DNA of 64,000 nt from an uncultured Pseudomonadota bacterium (GCA_963774895.1 CAVZGN010000002.1:386091-450090); one strand, 5' to 3'; counted from the stretch's first letter, positions 46,639 through 56,588 are shown. The notes: a model not told the origin generated them from the sequence alone. Translations and numbers: made by a program.

Positions 46639-47159
46639 GACAGTTCATCACGATACTGCTGACGGCTGGCTGGTTGGCGATGGCCAGCATGCAGGTTATG
46701 GCCGAGCCACCGGCAGGTTCTGGGCCGAATGCGGTTGCGCCCAGCACACCGGCAACCCCGGTTCCCTGGTCCGGCCTGACGCCACAGCAACAACAGATCC
46801 TCGCACCGCTCAAGGATCAATGGGCTGGGTTATCGGCCGATCGCCAGCAACGCCTACAGCGCGGCGCGGACCGTTGGGCGCAGATGACGCCCGCGCAGCG
46901 GGAGCACGCCCGCCAGCGCCTGCAGCATTGGAAACAGCTGACACCCGAGCAGCGCACGCAGATCCGGCAGCGCTACCAGGCCTTCCAGAAACTACCGCCG
47001 GCCGAACGGCAACAGATTCGCGAACAGTTCCAGAGGTTCCAGCAACTGCCGCCGGAAAAACGCCAGCAACTGCGCCAGCGCTGGATGAACATGACACCGG
47101 AGCAACGCACGCAATTCCGCGAGCAGTGGCGCGCCCAGCATCCACCGCCGCGTCGATAA
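46635..47159 (+). CDS. DUF3106-like periplasmic protein with Gln/Arg-rich helical repeats
   Basis: Signal peptide MRQFITILLTAGWLAMASMQVMA. Repeated units of the form xQRxQxWxxMTPEQRxxxRxR. Confidence 0.7.
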   Translation: MRQFITILLTAGWLAMASMQVMAEPPAGSGPNAVAPSTPATPVPWSGLTPQQQQILAPLKDQWAGLSADRQQRLQRGADRWAQMTPAQREHARQRLQHWKQLTPEQRTQIRQRYQAFQKLPPAERQQIREQFQRFQQLPPEKRQQLRQRWMNMTPEQRTQFREQWRAQHPPPRR

Positions 47160-47184
47160 TCCGTTCTGTTTGATGCAGTGAAAT

Positions 47185-47214
47185 AAAAACCCCCACATGC
47201 AGTGGGGGTTTTTT
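47185..47214. terminator. Bidirectional Rho-independent terminator
   Basis: AAAAACCCCCAC-atgca-GTGGGGGTTTTTT. The GC stem is flanked by an A-tract and a T-tract. It lies between the convergent DUF3106 and pntB genes. Confidence 0.8.
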
Positions 47215-47233
47215 ATTCAAAGGTTCAAAACGG

Positions 47234-48634
47234 TTATTCGATGGCTTTGATGTTCTGAATCAACTGGGTCACAGCTGCCTGACCGTCACCATATAGCATG
47301 CGGGTGTTATCCATGTAGAACAGGCTGTTCTCCACGCCCGAGAAACCGCGCCCCTGGCCGCGCTTGATGACGATGACGTTCTTGGCCTTGTCGGCGTTCA
47401 GGATGGGCATGCCGTAGATGGGACTGTCCGGTTTGTTGCGTGCATCCGGGTTAACCACATCGTTGGCGCCGATGATGAGCGCTACGTCGGCGGTGGCAAA
47501 CTCCGGATTGATGTCTTCCAGGTCCGAGATCAGGTCATAGGGCACGCCGGCTTCCGCCAGCAACACGTTCATGTGTCCCGGCATGCGTCCCGCCACCGGA
47601 TGGATGGCAAATTTCACGGTGACGCCACGGTTTTGCAGCAGCTGCGTCAGCTCCCAGACCTTGTGCTGGGCTTGGGCCACGGCCATGCCGTAGCCGGGGA
47701 CGATGATCACCTTGTTGGCGTAAGCCATCATTACACCGGCATCCGCGGCATCGATGGGCTTGAGGCTGCCGCTGACATCCGCGGCGCTGCCGGTGGCGGT
47801 CTCGCCGAAATTGCTGAATAGCACGTTGGCGATGGAACGGTTCATGGCCCTGGCCATGAGCTGGGTCAGCAGCGTGCCGGCCGCGCCCACCACCATGCCG
47901 GCGATGATCATGGCGGCGTTGCCGATCACGAAGCCTTCGAAGGCCACCGCCAGGCCGGTGCAGGCGTTGTACAGGGAGATGACCACCGGCATGTCGGCGC
48001 CGCCGATGGGCAGGGTCACGAGGATGCCGAACAGCAACGCCAGTGCGAAGAATGGTATGACTGCAAGCATGGGTGCGGCGCCGTGTAGCGCGATGATCCA
48101 GATGCCCAACGCCAGGGTGATCAGCAGCACCAGGGAGTTGACCACCTGCTGGATGCGGTAGCGCAGGGATTTGTTGATGATTCCCTGGAGTTTGGCGAAG
48201 GCAATCAGGCTGCCGGAGAACGACACCGCGCCGATGATGCCGCCGATGACCGCCAGACTCACTGGCGCCAGCATGAGCGCCTGCTCGCGTATCAGTTGTT
48301 CAGCGGCGATAGCCGCGGCCGCGCCGCCGCCCATGCCGTTATACAGCGCCACCATCTGCGGCATGGCGGTCATGGGCACGCGCCGGCCGCTCCACCAAGC
48401 GAGTAAGCCGCCGATGAAGATAGCGACGATGATCAGGATGTAGTTGTGCATCCCCGGCCACAGGAAGGTGATGAGGCCGGCGATGAGCATGCCGAGTCCG
48501 GCCCACACGATGCCATTCTTGGCGCCCCTGGGCGAACTCATGCGTTTCAGGCCGATGATGAACAGCAACGCGGCGATGAAATAGGTCGCCTGGATCAGGT
48601 CGTCGGTGATTGTGGGTGATAGAAAATTGTTCAT
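47234..48634 (-). CDS. pntB: NAD(P) transhydrogenase subunit beta
   Basis: 466 aa. Membrane N-terminal domain plus a C-terminal NADP(H)-binding dIII domain (VIIVPGYGMAVAQAQH...GANDVVNP). Confidence 0.95.
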   Translation of the reverse strand: MNNFLSPTITDDLIQATYFIAALLFIIGLKRMSSPRGAKNGIVWAGLGMLIAGLITFLWPGMHNYILIIVAIFIGGLLAWWSGRRVPMTAMPQMVALYNGMGGGAAAAIAAEQLIREQALMLAPVSLAVIGGIIGAVSFSGSLIAFAKLQGIINKSLRYRIQQVVNSLVLLITLALGIWIIALHGAAPMLAVIPFFALALLFGILVTLPIGGADMPVVISLYNACTGLAVAFEGFVIGNAAMIIAGMVVGAAGTLLTQLMARAMNRSIANVLFSNFGETATGSAADVSGSLKPIDAADAGVMMAYANKVIIVPGYGMAVAQAQHKVWELTQLLQNRGVTVKFAIHPVAGRMPGHMNVLLAEAGVPYDLISDLEDINPEFATADVALIIGANDVVNPDARNKPDSPIYGMPILNADKAKNVIVIKRGQGRGFSGVENSLFYMDNTRMLYGDGQAAVTQLIQNIKAIE

Positions 48635-48936
48635 GCGCGGCTTTCCGGTTTCTTTTTCTCGCTGGTCTTGAACATGGCCAGCATGCGCTCGGTGGACACG
48701 TAACCGCCCACCACGTTACCGGCGGCCAGCAGCACGCCGATGAAACCAATGACCTGTTCCGCCAGGTTGTGGGCGTCGCCCAGCGCCACCATGGCGCCCA
48801 CCAGCACGATGCCGTGCACGAAATTGGAACCTGACATGAGCGGCGTATGCAGAATCACCGGCACCCGCGAGATCACCTCGTAGCCGGTGAAGGCCGCGAG
48901 CATGAAGATGTACAAGGCGATAAATCCGTCGATCAT
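48631..48936 (-). CDS. pntAB: NAD(P) transhydrogenase subunit alpha part 2 (membrane)
   Basis: 101 aa with 3 TM segments. Overlaps pntB by 4 nt. Split-alpha arrangement. Confidence 0.9.
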   Translation of the reverse strand: MIDGFIALYIFMLAAFTGYEVISRVPVILHTPLMSGSNFVHGIVLVGAMVALGDAHNLAEQVIGFIGVLLAAGNVVGGYVSTERMLAMFKTSEKKKPESRA

Positions 48937-48949
48937 GGTTGCATCCCGA

Positions 48950-50071
48950 TTAACCGTTTAACAGTTTCAGCGTGGCTTCATGTTTGATTACACCATCATG
49001 TGTGAGCACGCTCTTGGCGTACACTTCGTCATTCCAGTCGATCGTGAGCTTGCCATCCTTGACGAGCGGCGAGAAGAAATTCAGCAGATTGCGGGCGTAC
49101 ATGTCGCTGGAATGTTCCGCCAGCAAACTCGGCAGATTGGTAGGACCACTGATGAGCACGTGTCCGTGCTGGACGTCTTCGCCGGGTTTCGTCAGTTCGC
49201 AGTTGCCGCCGGATTCCGCCGCCAGGTCCACGATGACGGCGCCCGGTTTCATGGCTTCCACCATGTTGCGGGTGATGATGCGCGGTGCCGGACGTCCGGG
49301 AATGGCGGCGGTGGTGATGACCGCATCCGCCTGGGCTACATGCTTCGCCAGAATCTCCTGCTGTTTGTTTTTTTCCTCGCTGGTGAGTTCGCGCGCGTAA
49401 CCACCGCTGCCTTCAGCCGACACACCGGTATCCACGAACTTGGCTCCCAGGGATTCCACCTGTTCGCGTGCTGCGGCGCGCACGTCATAACCTTCCAGCA
49501 TGGCTCCGAGCCGGCGTGCGGTGGCGATGGCCTGCAAACCGGCCACGCCCGCGCCGATCACCAGCACTTTTGCCGGGCGGATGGTGCCGGCAGCGGTGGT
49601 CAGCATGGGGAAAAAACGCCCGAGTTTGCCGGCCGCCAACAACGCGGCTTCATAACCGGCGGCGGCAGCCTGGGATGACAGCGCATCCATGCTCTGGGCA
49701 CGCGAGATGCGTGGCACCAGTTCCATGGCGAAGCTGGTGACTTTGCGGTCGCGCAAGGCTTTTACGCTATCGAGGTTGCGATGCGGATTCAGCAGGCCGA
49801 TAAGGATTGAACCCGCACGCATATGTGCGACATTGGCCGGTGCTGGCGCCAGCACCTTGAATACCACATCGGCATTCGCTGCGCCGTCGGCAGCACTGAC
49901 GAAGCGCGTATCCGCAAACGCTTGATCCGGAAAGCCCGCTGACACACCCGCTCCGCTTTCCATGGAAAATTCCACATTCAGGGTCTTGAGTTTGGCTGCC
50001 ACCATCGGGGAGATGGCCACCCGCCGCTCGCCGACAACCTGTTCTTTGGGTACGAAAAGCTTGATGGCCAT
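48950..50071 (-). CDS. pntAA: NAD(P) transhydrogenase subunit alpha part 1 (dI, alanine-dehydrogenase-like)
   Basis: 373 aa. NAD loop VLVIGAGVAGLQAIATARRLGA. Confidence 0.95.
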   Translation of the reverse strand: MAIKLFVPKEQVVGERRVAISPMVAAKLKTLNVEFSMESGAGVSAGFPDQAFADTRFVSAADGAANADVVFKVLAPAPANVAHMRAGSILIGLLNPHRNLDSVKALRDRKVTSFAMELVPRISRAQSMDALSSQAAAAGYEAALLAAGKLGRFFPMLTTAAGTIRPAKVLVIGAGVAGLQAIATARRLGAMLEGYDVRAAAREQVESLGAKFVDTGVSAEGSGGYARELTSEEKNKQQEILAKHVAQADAVITTAAIPGRPAPRIITRNMVEAMKPGAVIVDLAAESGGNCELTKPGEDVQHGHVLISGPTNLPSLLAEHSSDMYARNLLNFFSPLVKDGKLTIDWNDEVYAKSVLTHDGVIKHEATLKLLNG

Positions 50072-50264
50072 AATTGTTGTTGGATGTGGTTATGGGCCGC
50101 CGCGCCGCGCCTGGCTTGGCCTGGCGGATACCTGGGAGTGCGCGCATTTTAAGCGCGTACCCGGTTTTTTGCCACTCCGCATCAGCATAAAACACGTAAA
50201 CCGATAGGCTTAGCGTTGCTTTTTAAGATGAATTCTGCAATAACATTCGCCCCTTATGTAGGTT

Positions 50265-50879
50265 GTGGCTGTTTTTGTGTACGAACTTTCCCAAGAAGTA
50301 TTGCGCACCGATGCGGCGGGCATGCCGCTCGAGTGGATTGGTTATGAGGATGCGGTCAAGCTGTATTACCTTGAACAGGTAGCCTATAGCTGCGGTACGC
50401 TCCTGTACCGCCTGCATGGCGGCATCTGTGCCAAGACCGGACAGCAGAGCACCGTCGATGTCAATTCCATCATCGCCACCTATGGCAACAATCATGCGCT
50501 CGCCAAGGCGCGCGAACATTACGTGCCGCCGCTCAACAACCATACCTTGTTCAAGCGCGATGCCAATCTGTGTATGTACTGCGGCCAGCGTTTCTCGGCG
50601 CGTGAACTCTCGCGCGAACACGTGACGCCCCTGAGCCGCGGCGGCACCGATACCTGGAACAACGTGGTGGCATCCTGCAAGCGTTGCAACAATCACAAGG
50701 CCGGGCGCACCCCGGAAGAGTCGGGCCTGCAGCTGCTGGCGGTGCCGTTCACGCCCAACCATGCCGAATACATCTTCCTGAAGGGCCGCCGCATCCTCGC
50801 TGACCAGATGGAATTCCTGCTGGCGCATTTCCCGCGCACCAGCCCACTGCACAAACGCATTTCACAAATGCTCGCCTGA
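50265..50879 (+). CDS. HNH endonuclease family protein
   Basis: HNH core CMYCG...SREHVTPLSRGGTDTWNNVVASCKRCNNHKAGRTPEE. The start is GTG 50265 or 50277. Confidence 0.8.
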   Translation: MAVFVYELSQEVLRTDAAGMPLEWIGYEDAVKLYYLEQVAYSCGTLLYRLHGGICAKTGQQSTVDVNSIIATYGNNHALAKAREHYVPPLNNHTLFKRDANLCMYCGQRFSARELSREHVTPLSRGGTDTWNNVVASCKRCNNHKAGRTPEESGLQLLAVPFTPNHAEYIFLKGRRILADQMEFLLAHFPRTSPLHKRISQMLA

Positions 50880-51002
50880 TTCAGGTCCGCGTTACATCAA
50901 CTGCACGGATTTTGTTCGTATTCATTCTGATTCACACTCAGAGCAACAATCTCTTTCCATCCAGGAGCAGATGATTGCATTCCTGGGTTTGTTTCCGGTC
51001 AA

Positions 51003-51893
51003 ATGCGCACTATGAGTGCCAGCCGCTCCAGCATCGAACAACTTGTGCGTGAGGCCAGCAAGGATAATGACTGCAAATGGCAATCATTGGGCCGTGGTAT
51101 AGGCGGTTCCCGCTGGCGGGCTATCTGCGGCGATCACCTCTGGTTCGTGAAAACCCGAGCGGATGCGCTGGACGTGTTCAGCGCGGAAACCAACGGCCTC
51201 AAGGCACTCGCCGAAGCCGACGCCGTGCGGGTGCCGAGTGTATTAGCCGCGGATGAGCAGGATGGCGAAGCCTTTTTGATCATGGAATGGCTGGAGCTGG
51301 GCCAAAAAACTGGCCTGGCAGCAGCGCGACTGGGTGAAGCGCTGGCGCATCAGCATCAATGTTTGGGTATGCACTACGGTTGGCGGCGCAATAACTTCAT
51401 CGGCGCCACGCCGCAATTCAACAATTATTCGGGTAACTGGATAAAATTTTTCCGTGACCACCGCTTGGGTTTTCAGCTAAGGCTGGCGGCAGAAAATGGA
51501 TTCCGTGGAGAATTGCAGGCGCTGGGCGCCAGGCTTCTGGAAAGGCTACCGGCACTCTTTGACGGATATAACCCCAAGCCCTCGCTGTTACATGGCGATC
51601 TCTGGAGCGGCAACTGGGGTGTATCAGAAAGCGGCGAGCCGGTGATCTTCGATCCGGCGGTCTATTACGGCGACCGCGAAGCGGATCTGGCCATGACGGA
51701 ACTATTCGGTGGATTCCCGCCGGAATTTTATTCAGCGTATCACGCCATCTGGCCTGTGGATAACGGTTATCCTATGCGCCGCAATATTTACAATCTTTAT
51801 CATGTGCTCAATCATCTGAATCTGTTCGGTAGAAATTATTTAAACCAGGCGCAACACTTAGTCGCGCAACTGCTTTCGGTACTCCGCGGCTGA
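51003..51893 (+). CDS. Fructosamine/ketosamine-3-kinase family protein
   Basis: 296 aa. Kinase motif PSLLHGDLWSGNW and DPAVYYGDREADLAM. Confidence 0.85.
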   Translation: MRTMSASRSSIEQLVREASKDNDCKWQSLGRGIGGSRWRAICGDHLWFVKTRADALDVFSAETNGLKALAEADAVRVPSVLAADEQDGEAFLIMEWLELGQKTGLAAARLGEALAHQHQCLGMHYGWRRNNFIGATPQFNNYSGNWIKFFRDHRLGFQLRLAAENGFRGELQALGARLLERLPALFDGYNPKPSLLHGDLWSGNWGVSESGEPVIFDPAVYYGDREADLAMTELFGGFPPEFYSAYHAIWPVDNGYPMRRNIYNLYHVLNHLNLFGRNYLNQAQHLVAQLLSVLRG

Positions 51894-51902
51894 GATGCTT
51901 AC

Positions 51903-52577
51903 ATGATCAATAAATTGCCAGGCTGGGTTTTCATCGGCAGTGTGGTGCTGGCTGCGGTGGCGGGATTCGTGAATACCGTCGGCTTGCTTGGCCTGAGTCA
52001 TCCAATTTCTCATGTGACCGGCAACCTGACATTACTGAGCGAGAGTCTGGTCCATCTAAATCTCGGCGAAGCATTCCATACGAGCATGCTGGTAATCATG
52101 TTCTTCTTTGGTGCGGTGCTTTGTGGATTCATCGTGAAGCAAAGCACTCTGCGGCTAGGGCGGCGCTATGGTGCTGCACTGACCATCGAAGCCGTGTTGT
52201 TGTTCGTCGCCGTTAGATATCTCGATCAGGGTGTGGTTGTAGGAGGTTATCTATTGAGCGCAGCCATGGGTCTGCAGAACGGCATGGTGAGTCTGTACAG
52301 CAGCGCGGTGGTACGCACTACGCATATGACCGGTGTAACCACGGATCTGGGTGTGGCTTTAGGTCATCTGCTGCGCGGCATGCGGGTGGAATCCAGGCGA
52401 TTTTTGCTACTTGGCGGCTTGCTCGGCGGATTCGTGGCGGGCGGTGTAATGGGCAGCCTGTGCTTTTCCCGCTGGCATTATCTAGCGCTACTTGGGCCGG
52501 CTGTGGTGACGGGTGGAACTGGCATCGCATATTTCATCTACCGGCATCGGCATATGGATCTCGACGTTGCAAGTTGA
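51903..52577 (+). CDS. YoaK/DUF1275 family membrane protein
   Basis: 224 aa with 6 TM segments. Characteristic AGFVNTVGLLGL...SHVTGNLT motif. Confidence 0.8.
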   Translation: MINKLPGWVFIGSVVLAAVAGFVNTVGLLGLSHPISHVTGNLTLLSESLVHLNLGEAFHTSMLVIMFFFGAVLCGFIVKQSTLRLGRRYGAALTIEAVLLFVAVRYLDQGVVVGGYLLSAAMGLQNGMVSLYSSAVVRTTHMTGVTTDLGVALGHLLRGMRVESRRFLLLGGLLGGFVAGGVMGSLCFSRWHYLALLGPAVVTGGTGIAYFIYRHRHMDLDVAS

Positions 52578-52611
52578 TGTGAGGACGGTGTTAGTTAGTT
52601 TTATGTAGCTT

Positions 52612-52640
52612 AAAAAAAGCGGCGGCCATGAGGCCGCCGC
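52612..52640 (-). terminator. Rho-independent terminator of the tricorn-like protease gene
   Basis: The minus-strand RNA reads GCGGCGGCC-UCAU-GGCCGCCGC followed by UUUUUUU, 27 nt after the stop codon. Confidence 0.75.
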
Positions 52641-52666
52641 ACGCATCAGAAAAAAGTCCTGTGTTG

Positions 52667-55600
52667 TTATTCGTGGCCGGGCGACGGATAGGCCGGGATC
52701 AACGCCGGCGCTGGCGGCAGATGCAACGGATGTGCCTTGATCTTATCCATGAGGTAATTCACCGCCGCATCCAGCTGTGCGTCTTTGCCGCGCATCACGT
52801 CACCGGGCAGGTCATCCACTTGTATATCGGGCTCTACGCCGTGGTTCTCAATCACCCACTGTGAATCGAGACCATACATGCTGTCTTCAGGGATGGTGAT
52901 GTAGCCGTTATCCAGCAGCGGCCAGTTGCCGCGAATGCCGCGCACTCCACCCCAGGTACGCATGCCGATGAGCGGGCCGATGCCGTATTTCCTGAAGAAG
53001 TACGGGAAGATATCCCCGTCGGAGGCAGAGTACTCGTTGATGAGAGCCGCTTTGTAGCTGTATGAGATCACCTGCGGCTCAGTACCCGGCGCCAATTGCC
53101 GGTCGGTGCCCATGCCCACCAGCATGCGGCGCAGACGTTCCAGCAGCATCTGGTCGATGAAACCGCCACCGTTGTAACGCACATCGATGATCAGTCCCTG
53201 CTTGTCGATCTGCGGGTAGAACTGGTCGATGAACTGCTTCATGCCGCTGGCGCTCATGTCATCCAGGTAGATGTAACCGATCTGCCCATTGGAGGCTTTG
53301 GCCACGTAAGCACGGTTGTGCTGGATCCAGTCATCCTGGCGCAGGTTGGCTTCATCGTGCAGCGTCGCCACCGTGACCTCGCGCTGGTTCTTGCCGGCGG
53401 CATCATCCGCCACCGTCAACTTCACCGTCTGACCCCGGGTGCCCACGAACAGGCTGAAGGGATCCGTGGGCGCTTTCAGCTCGTGGCCGTCCACGGCCAG
53501 CAGGTAATCGCCGGCACGCACGTTGATACCCGGATCAGTCAGGGGCGAGATGAAATCCGGCCGGGTGTTGTCGCCCGGATAGATTTTCGCGAAGAAGTAG
53601 CGACCGGATTTCTGGTCCAAGCCAAAGTCCGTGCCCAGCAGACCGGTGGCCACTGGTTTGGCGTCATCGTTGAGGTCGCCGCCGCCCACGTAGGTGTGGG
53701 AATTGGACAGCTCACCGATCATCTCGCCGATGAGGTAGTTCAGATCCTCGCGATCGCCCATCAGCGGCGCGAGCTTCTGGTACTTGGCCAGCACTGCGTT
53801 CCAGTCCACGCCGTTCATCTTGCGGTTGACGAAGAAATCCCGGTCCAGACGCCAGGCCATGTGGAACATCTCGTTCCATTCGGCCTTGGGATCGATGCGC
53901 ATCAGCATGTGTGAAGTATCCAGACTCTTTGGTTTGGTGTCCGCGCCGGCGCTCACATCCAGGAATGCAAATTTGCCATCCTCGGTGTTAATGAGTGCGG
54001 TCTTGCCGTCAGCCGACAGGTAGTAGCCTGTCAGGCCATCGGTGAGCTTGGTGTCCTTGCGTTTCTCCATGTCGAAGACATGCAGGGCACTGCTCTCGCC
54101 CGCAAGCGGTCCTTCAATGGTCTGATCCGGCACGGTCATGTAGTACAGATGGCCTTTGGTCGCCACCAGCCCGGCGATGTTGTCGGCCGGGATGGGCACC
54201 GCCACGGTGCGCAGCATGAGTCCGTCCAGATCGATCTCGATGGGCTTCATGCCCTGCGGTTTTTTACCGCCGGATTTGTCATCCTTGGCCGGAGTCTCGT
54301 CTTTCGCTGGCAGACCTTCATCGGAGCGCGGCGCAAACGGCGAGGCTTCGCCTTTCTGCAGTGTGGCCACGTAGATGCCGAACATCTTCAGGGTGGCGAT
54401 ATTGAACTCGCTCTGGCTGAAGGTCGGGTTCTCATGGCGCGCCGATACGAAGAACAGGTATTTGCCCTCCGGATCGAAGGCCGGGTTGAAATCCGAGTTC
54501 ATGGGCGAGCTCACCAGCGTGGCCTTACCGCTGTCGAGACTATAGAGCCAGATGCCCGGCTGCTGGTTGTCGCGCTGCTGGCTCCAGGCCAACCAGCGTC
54601 CATCCGGTGACCAGGTGTAATCATGGATTTCGTTGAACTTGTCCTGGCCGACCTTCACCGCCTTGTGGGTCTTGATGTCCAGATACCACAGCTGGTGCTC
54701 GTTGTCGGAGAACGCCAGCTTACTGCTGTCCGGCGACCATGCCGGCCGGTAGAAATAGCCGGTCTTGAAGTCCGTCAGGGTCTGTTCGGCTCCGCCCTCG
54801 GAAGGACGAATAACGACCTGCTCCTCACCACTCACGTCCGTGACATAAACGATCCACTTGCCGTCCGGCGACCAGGATGGATTCTCTTCCTTGGCATTGG
54901 AGGTTTGGGTCAGATCACGGGTATTGCCGTGTTCCGCGGGCAGCGTGAACAGATCACCGCGCGCCTGCAGCAGCGCACGCTTGCCGTTGGGGGCGATATC
55001 GAAGTTGGGGTTGCCAGCGGGATCCACGGCCTGGATGAACTTGCTGGCATCCACATAGCGCGGGTTGGTGTTGATGCCGTCATCCGGCACATCCACGCTG
55101 AGTTTATGCAGCTGTTCAGACGGCAGGTCCATCACGTACAGGGCGCCGCCATCCTGGAACACGATGCCGCTGTCGCCAAGGCTCGGCCAGTCGATGTCGT
55201 AATCGGTGAAATGCGTGAGCTGGCGGGTTTGTTTAGTGTCCAGATCGAGGGCCCACAGGTTCACGCGGAATGTCGGGCCGCGGTCGGAGATGAAATAGAT
55301 GGTACGGCCATGCCACATGGGATCCTGATCGGTGCCCTTCCAGTCCGTCAGTTGCTCGGATTGGCCGGTCTTGAAGTTGTAGGTCCAAACGTTCTGGTGC
55401 AGGCCGCCGGTGTAGCGTTTCCAGGTGCGGAAATTGCGGAAGATGCGGTTGTAGGCGATGGCGTTCCCATCCGGGCTGTAAGTCATGTAGCCGCCCTTAT
55501 CCAGCGGCATCAATTCTTCAGGTCCGCCATTTACCGCTACGGTGAAGTAGCGCCCGAACCAGGTGTTCATGGAGCTGCGCCGCGACAGGAATACCACGTT

Positions 55601-56011
55601 TTTCGAATCGGGTGTCCAGCCGAGCACCATGTTGTCCGGTCCCCAACGTTCCGGCGCGCGATCCACCACGTCGGAGTGGAAGGTCAGGCGTCGGGCGTTG
55701 CCACCGCCGGCCGGTATCACGTAAACGTCGGTATTGCCCTGGTACTGACCGGTGAAGGCGATCCACTGTCCGTCGGGGGAGAAACGCGGCATCAGGTCGT
55801 AACCGGGATCGGTGGTCAGCCGGCGTGCGGAGCCTCCGGCTCGATTCACTTCCCACAGGTTGCCATGGGCTTCAAAAACCACGGAATCCCCGTGCAGGGT
55901 GGGGAAACGCATGAGGGTGTCGTTAGCACGGGCTGAACCCGCCGCCATGGCCAGCATCGCCATTGACGACAACAGGAAAGCCCGCTGGATGGATAGCCAG
56001 CGCCGGTTCAT
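52667..56011 (-). CDS. Tricorn protease homologue (TolB-like beta-propellers + PDZ + S41 peptidase domain), secreted
   Basis: The ATG at 56011 follows a TAAGGAG SD and gives a signal peptide (MNRRWLSIQRAFLLSSMAMLAMAAGSARA). The N-terminus matches tricorn (RFPTLHGDSVVFEAHGNLW). Repeated PDG/SPDG propeller motifs and a C-terminal S41-like region (DVRYNGGG...SASDGD). Confidence 0.9.
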   Translation of the reverse strand: MNRRWLSIQRAFLLSSMAMLAMAAGSARANDTLMRFPTLHGDSVVFEAHGNLWEVNRAGGSARRLTTDPGYDLMPRFSPDGQWIAFTGQYQGNTDVYVIPAGGGNARRLTFHSDVVDRAPERWGPDNMVLGWTPDSKNVVFLSRRSSMNTWFGRYFTVAVNGGPEELMPLDKGGYMTYSPDGNAIAYNRIFRNFRTWKRYTGGLHQNVWTYNFKTGQSEQLTDWKGTDQDPMWHGRTIYFISDRGPTFRVNLWALDLDTKQTRQLTHFTDYDIDWPSLGDSGIVFQDGGALYVMDLPSEQLHKLSVDVPDDGINTNPRYVDASKFIQAVDPAGNPNFDIAPNGKRALLQARGDLFTLPAEHGNTRDLTQTSNAKEENPSWSPDGKWIVYVTDVSGEEQVVIRPSEGGAEQTLTDFKTGYFYRPAWSPDSSKLAFSDNEHQLWYLDIKTHKAVKVGQDKFNEIHDYTWSPDGRWLAWSQQRDNQQPGIWLYSLDSGKATLVSSPMNSDFNPAFDPEGKYLFFVSARHENPTFSQSEFNIATLKMFGIYVATLQKGEASPFAPRSDEGLPAKDETPAKDDKSGGKKPQGMKPIEIDLDGLMLRTVAVPIPADNIAGLVATKGHLYYMTVPDQTIEGPLAGESSALHVFDMEKRKDTKLTDGLTGYYLSADGKTALINTEDGKFAFLDVSAGADTKPKSLDTSHMLMRIDPKAEWNEMFHMAWRLDRDFFVNRKMNGVDWNAVLAKYQKLAPLMGDREDLNYLIGEMIGELSNSHTYVGGGDLNDDAKPVATGLLGTDFGLDQKSGRYFFAKIYPGDNTRPDFISPLTDPGINVRAGDYLLAVDGHELKAPTDPFSLFVGTRGQTVKLTVADDAAGKNQREVTVATLHDEANLRQDDWIQHNRAYVAKASNGQIGYIYLDDMSASGMKQFIDQFYPQIDKQGLIIDVRYNGGGFIDQMLLERLRRMLVGMGTDRQLAPGTEPQVISYSYKAALINEYSASDGDIFPYFFRKYGIGPLIGMRTWGGVRGIRGNWPLLDNGYITIPEDSMYGLDSQWVIENHGVEPDIQVDDLPGDVMRGKDAQLDAAVNYLMDKIKAHPLHLPPAPALIPAYPSPGHE

Positions 56012-56177
56012 GGGGAAACTCCTTAAAAATTTTGAGGGGATTTGTCTTATAAGATGCAATTATGACATTGTGAGTTTATTAGGTTCCCTCGACAACTCTT
56101 TAATTTTATATCGCCATGGTTGTCGGGGGATGTAAATTCTTTCGACAAATATACATCAATGAAATCAATGAGTTACC

Positions 56178-56582
56178 ATGACGAACGAAACCGAAGCGCG
56201 CGGCGCGCGCATGGCGCAAATCTGGATCAAACTGGCGATTTTGTATCTGCTCGTGGGAGTGGTTTTCGGGCTGGTAATGGCTGCGACCCATCACGTTGAA
56301 TTCGCGCCGTTGCATGCCCACATCAACCTGCTCGGTTGGGCCTCGATGGCACTGGCGGGGGTAATCTACCATCTGTTTCCGCGGGCCGGCGGCAGCCGCC
56401 TCGGTTTGTGGCATTTCTGGCTGCATAACCTCGCATTACCGGTGGCCATGGTGGGATTGTTCTTCTTGTTGGCGGGACATCCGGAGGTAGAGAAATATGT
56501 AATCGTGTCCTCCGTAGTGATCGCGCTGGGTGTATTGTTATTCGCCATTAATTTGTTCGTTAATATGCGTCCAAATAGCTGA
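56178..56582 (+). CDS. Small 4-TM His-rich membrane protein, hypothetical
   Basis: 134 aa with four hydrophobic segments and eight His residues (THHVEF, PLHAHINLLGW, YHLF, WHFWLHN, GHPEV). Followed by a strong hairpin. Confidence 0.6.
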   Translation: MTNETEARGARMAQIWIKLAILYLLVGVVFGLVMAATHHVEFAPLHAHINLLGWASMALAGVIYHLFPRAGGSRLGLWHFWLHNLALPVAMVGLFFLLAGHPEVEKYVIVSSVVIALGVLLFAINLFVNMRPNS

Positions 56583-56588
56583 ATAATT

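Noticed and set aside
50072-50264. A small hairpin CGCGC-attttaa-GCGCG followed, after 7 nt, by TTTTTT upstream of pntAA. It could be an sRNA terminator.
   Set aside because: The stem is only 5 bp and the T-run is offset. No upstream promoter or conservation evidence is available.
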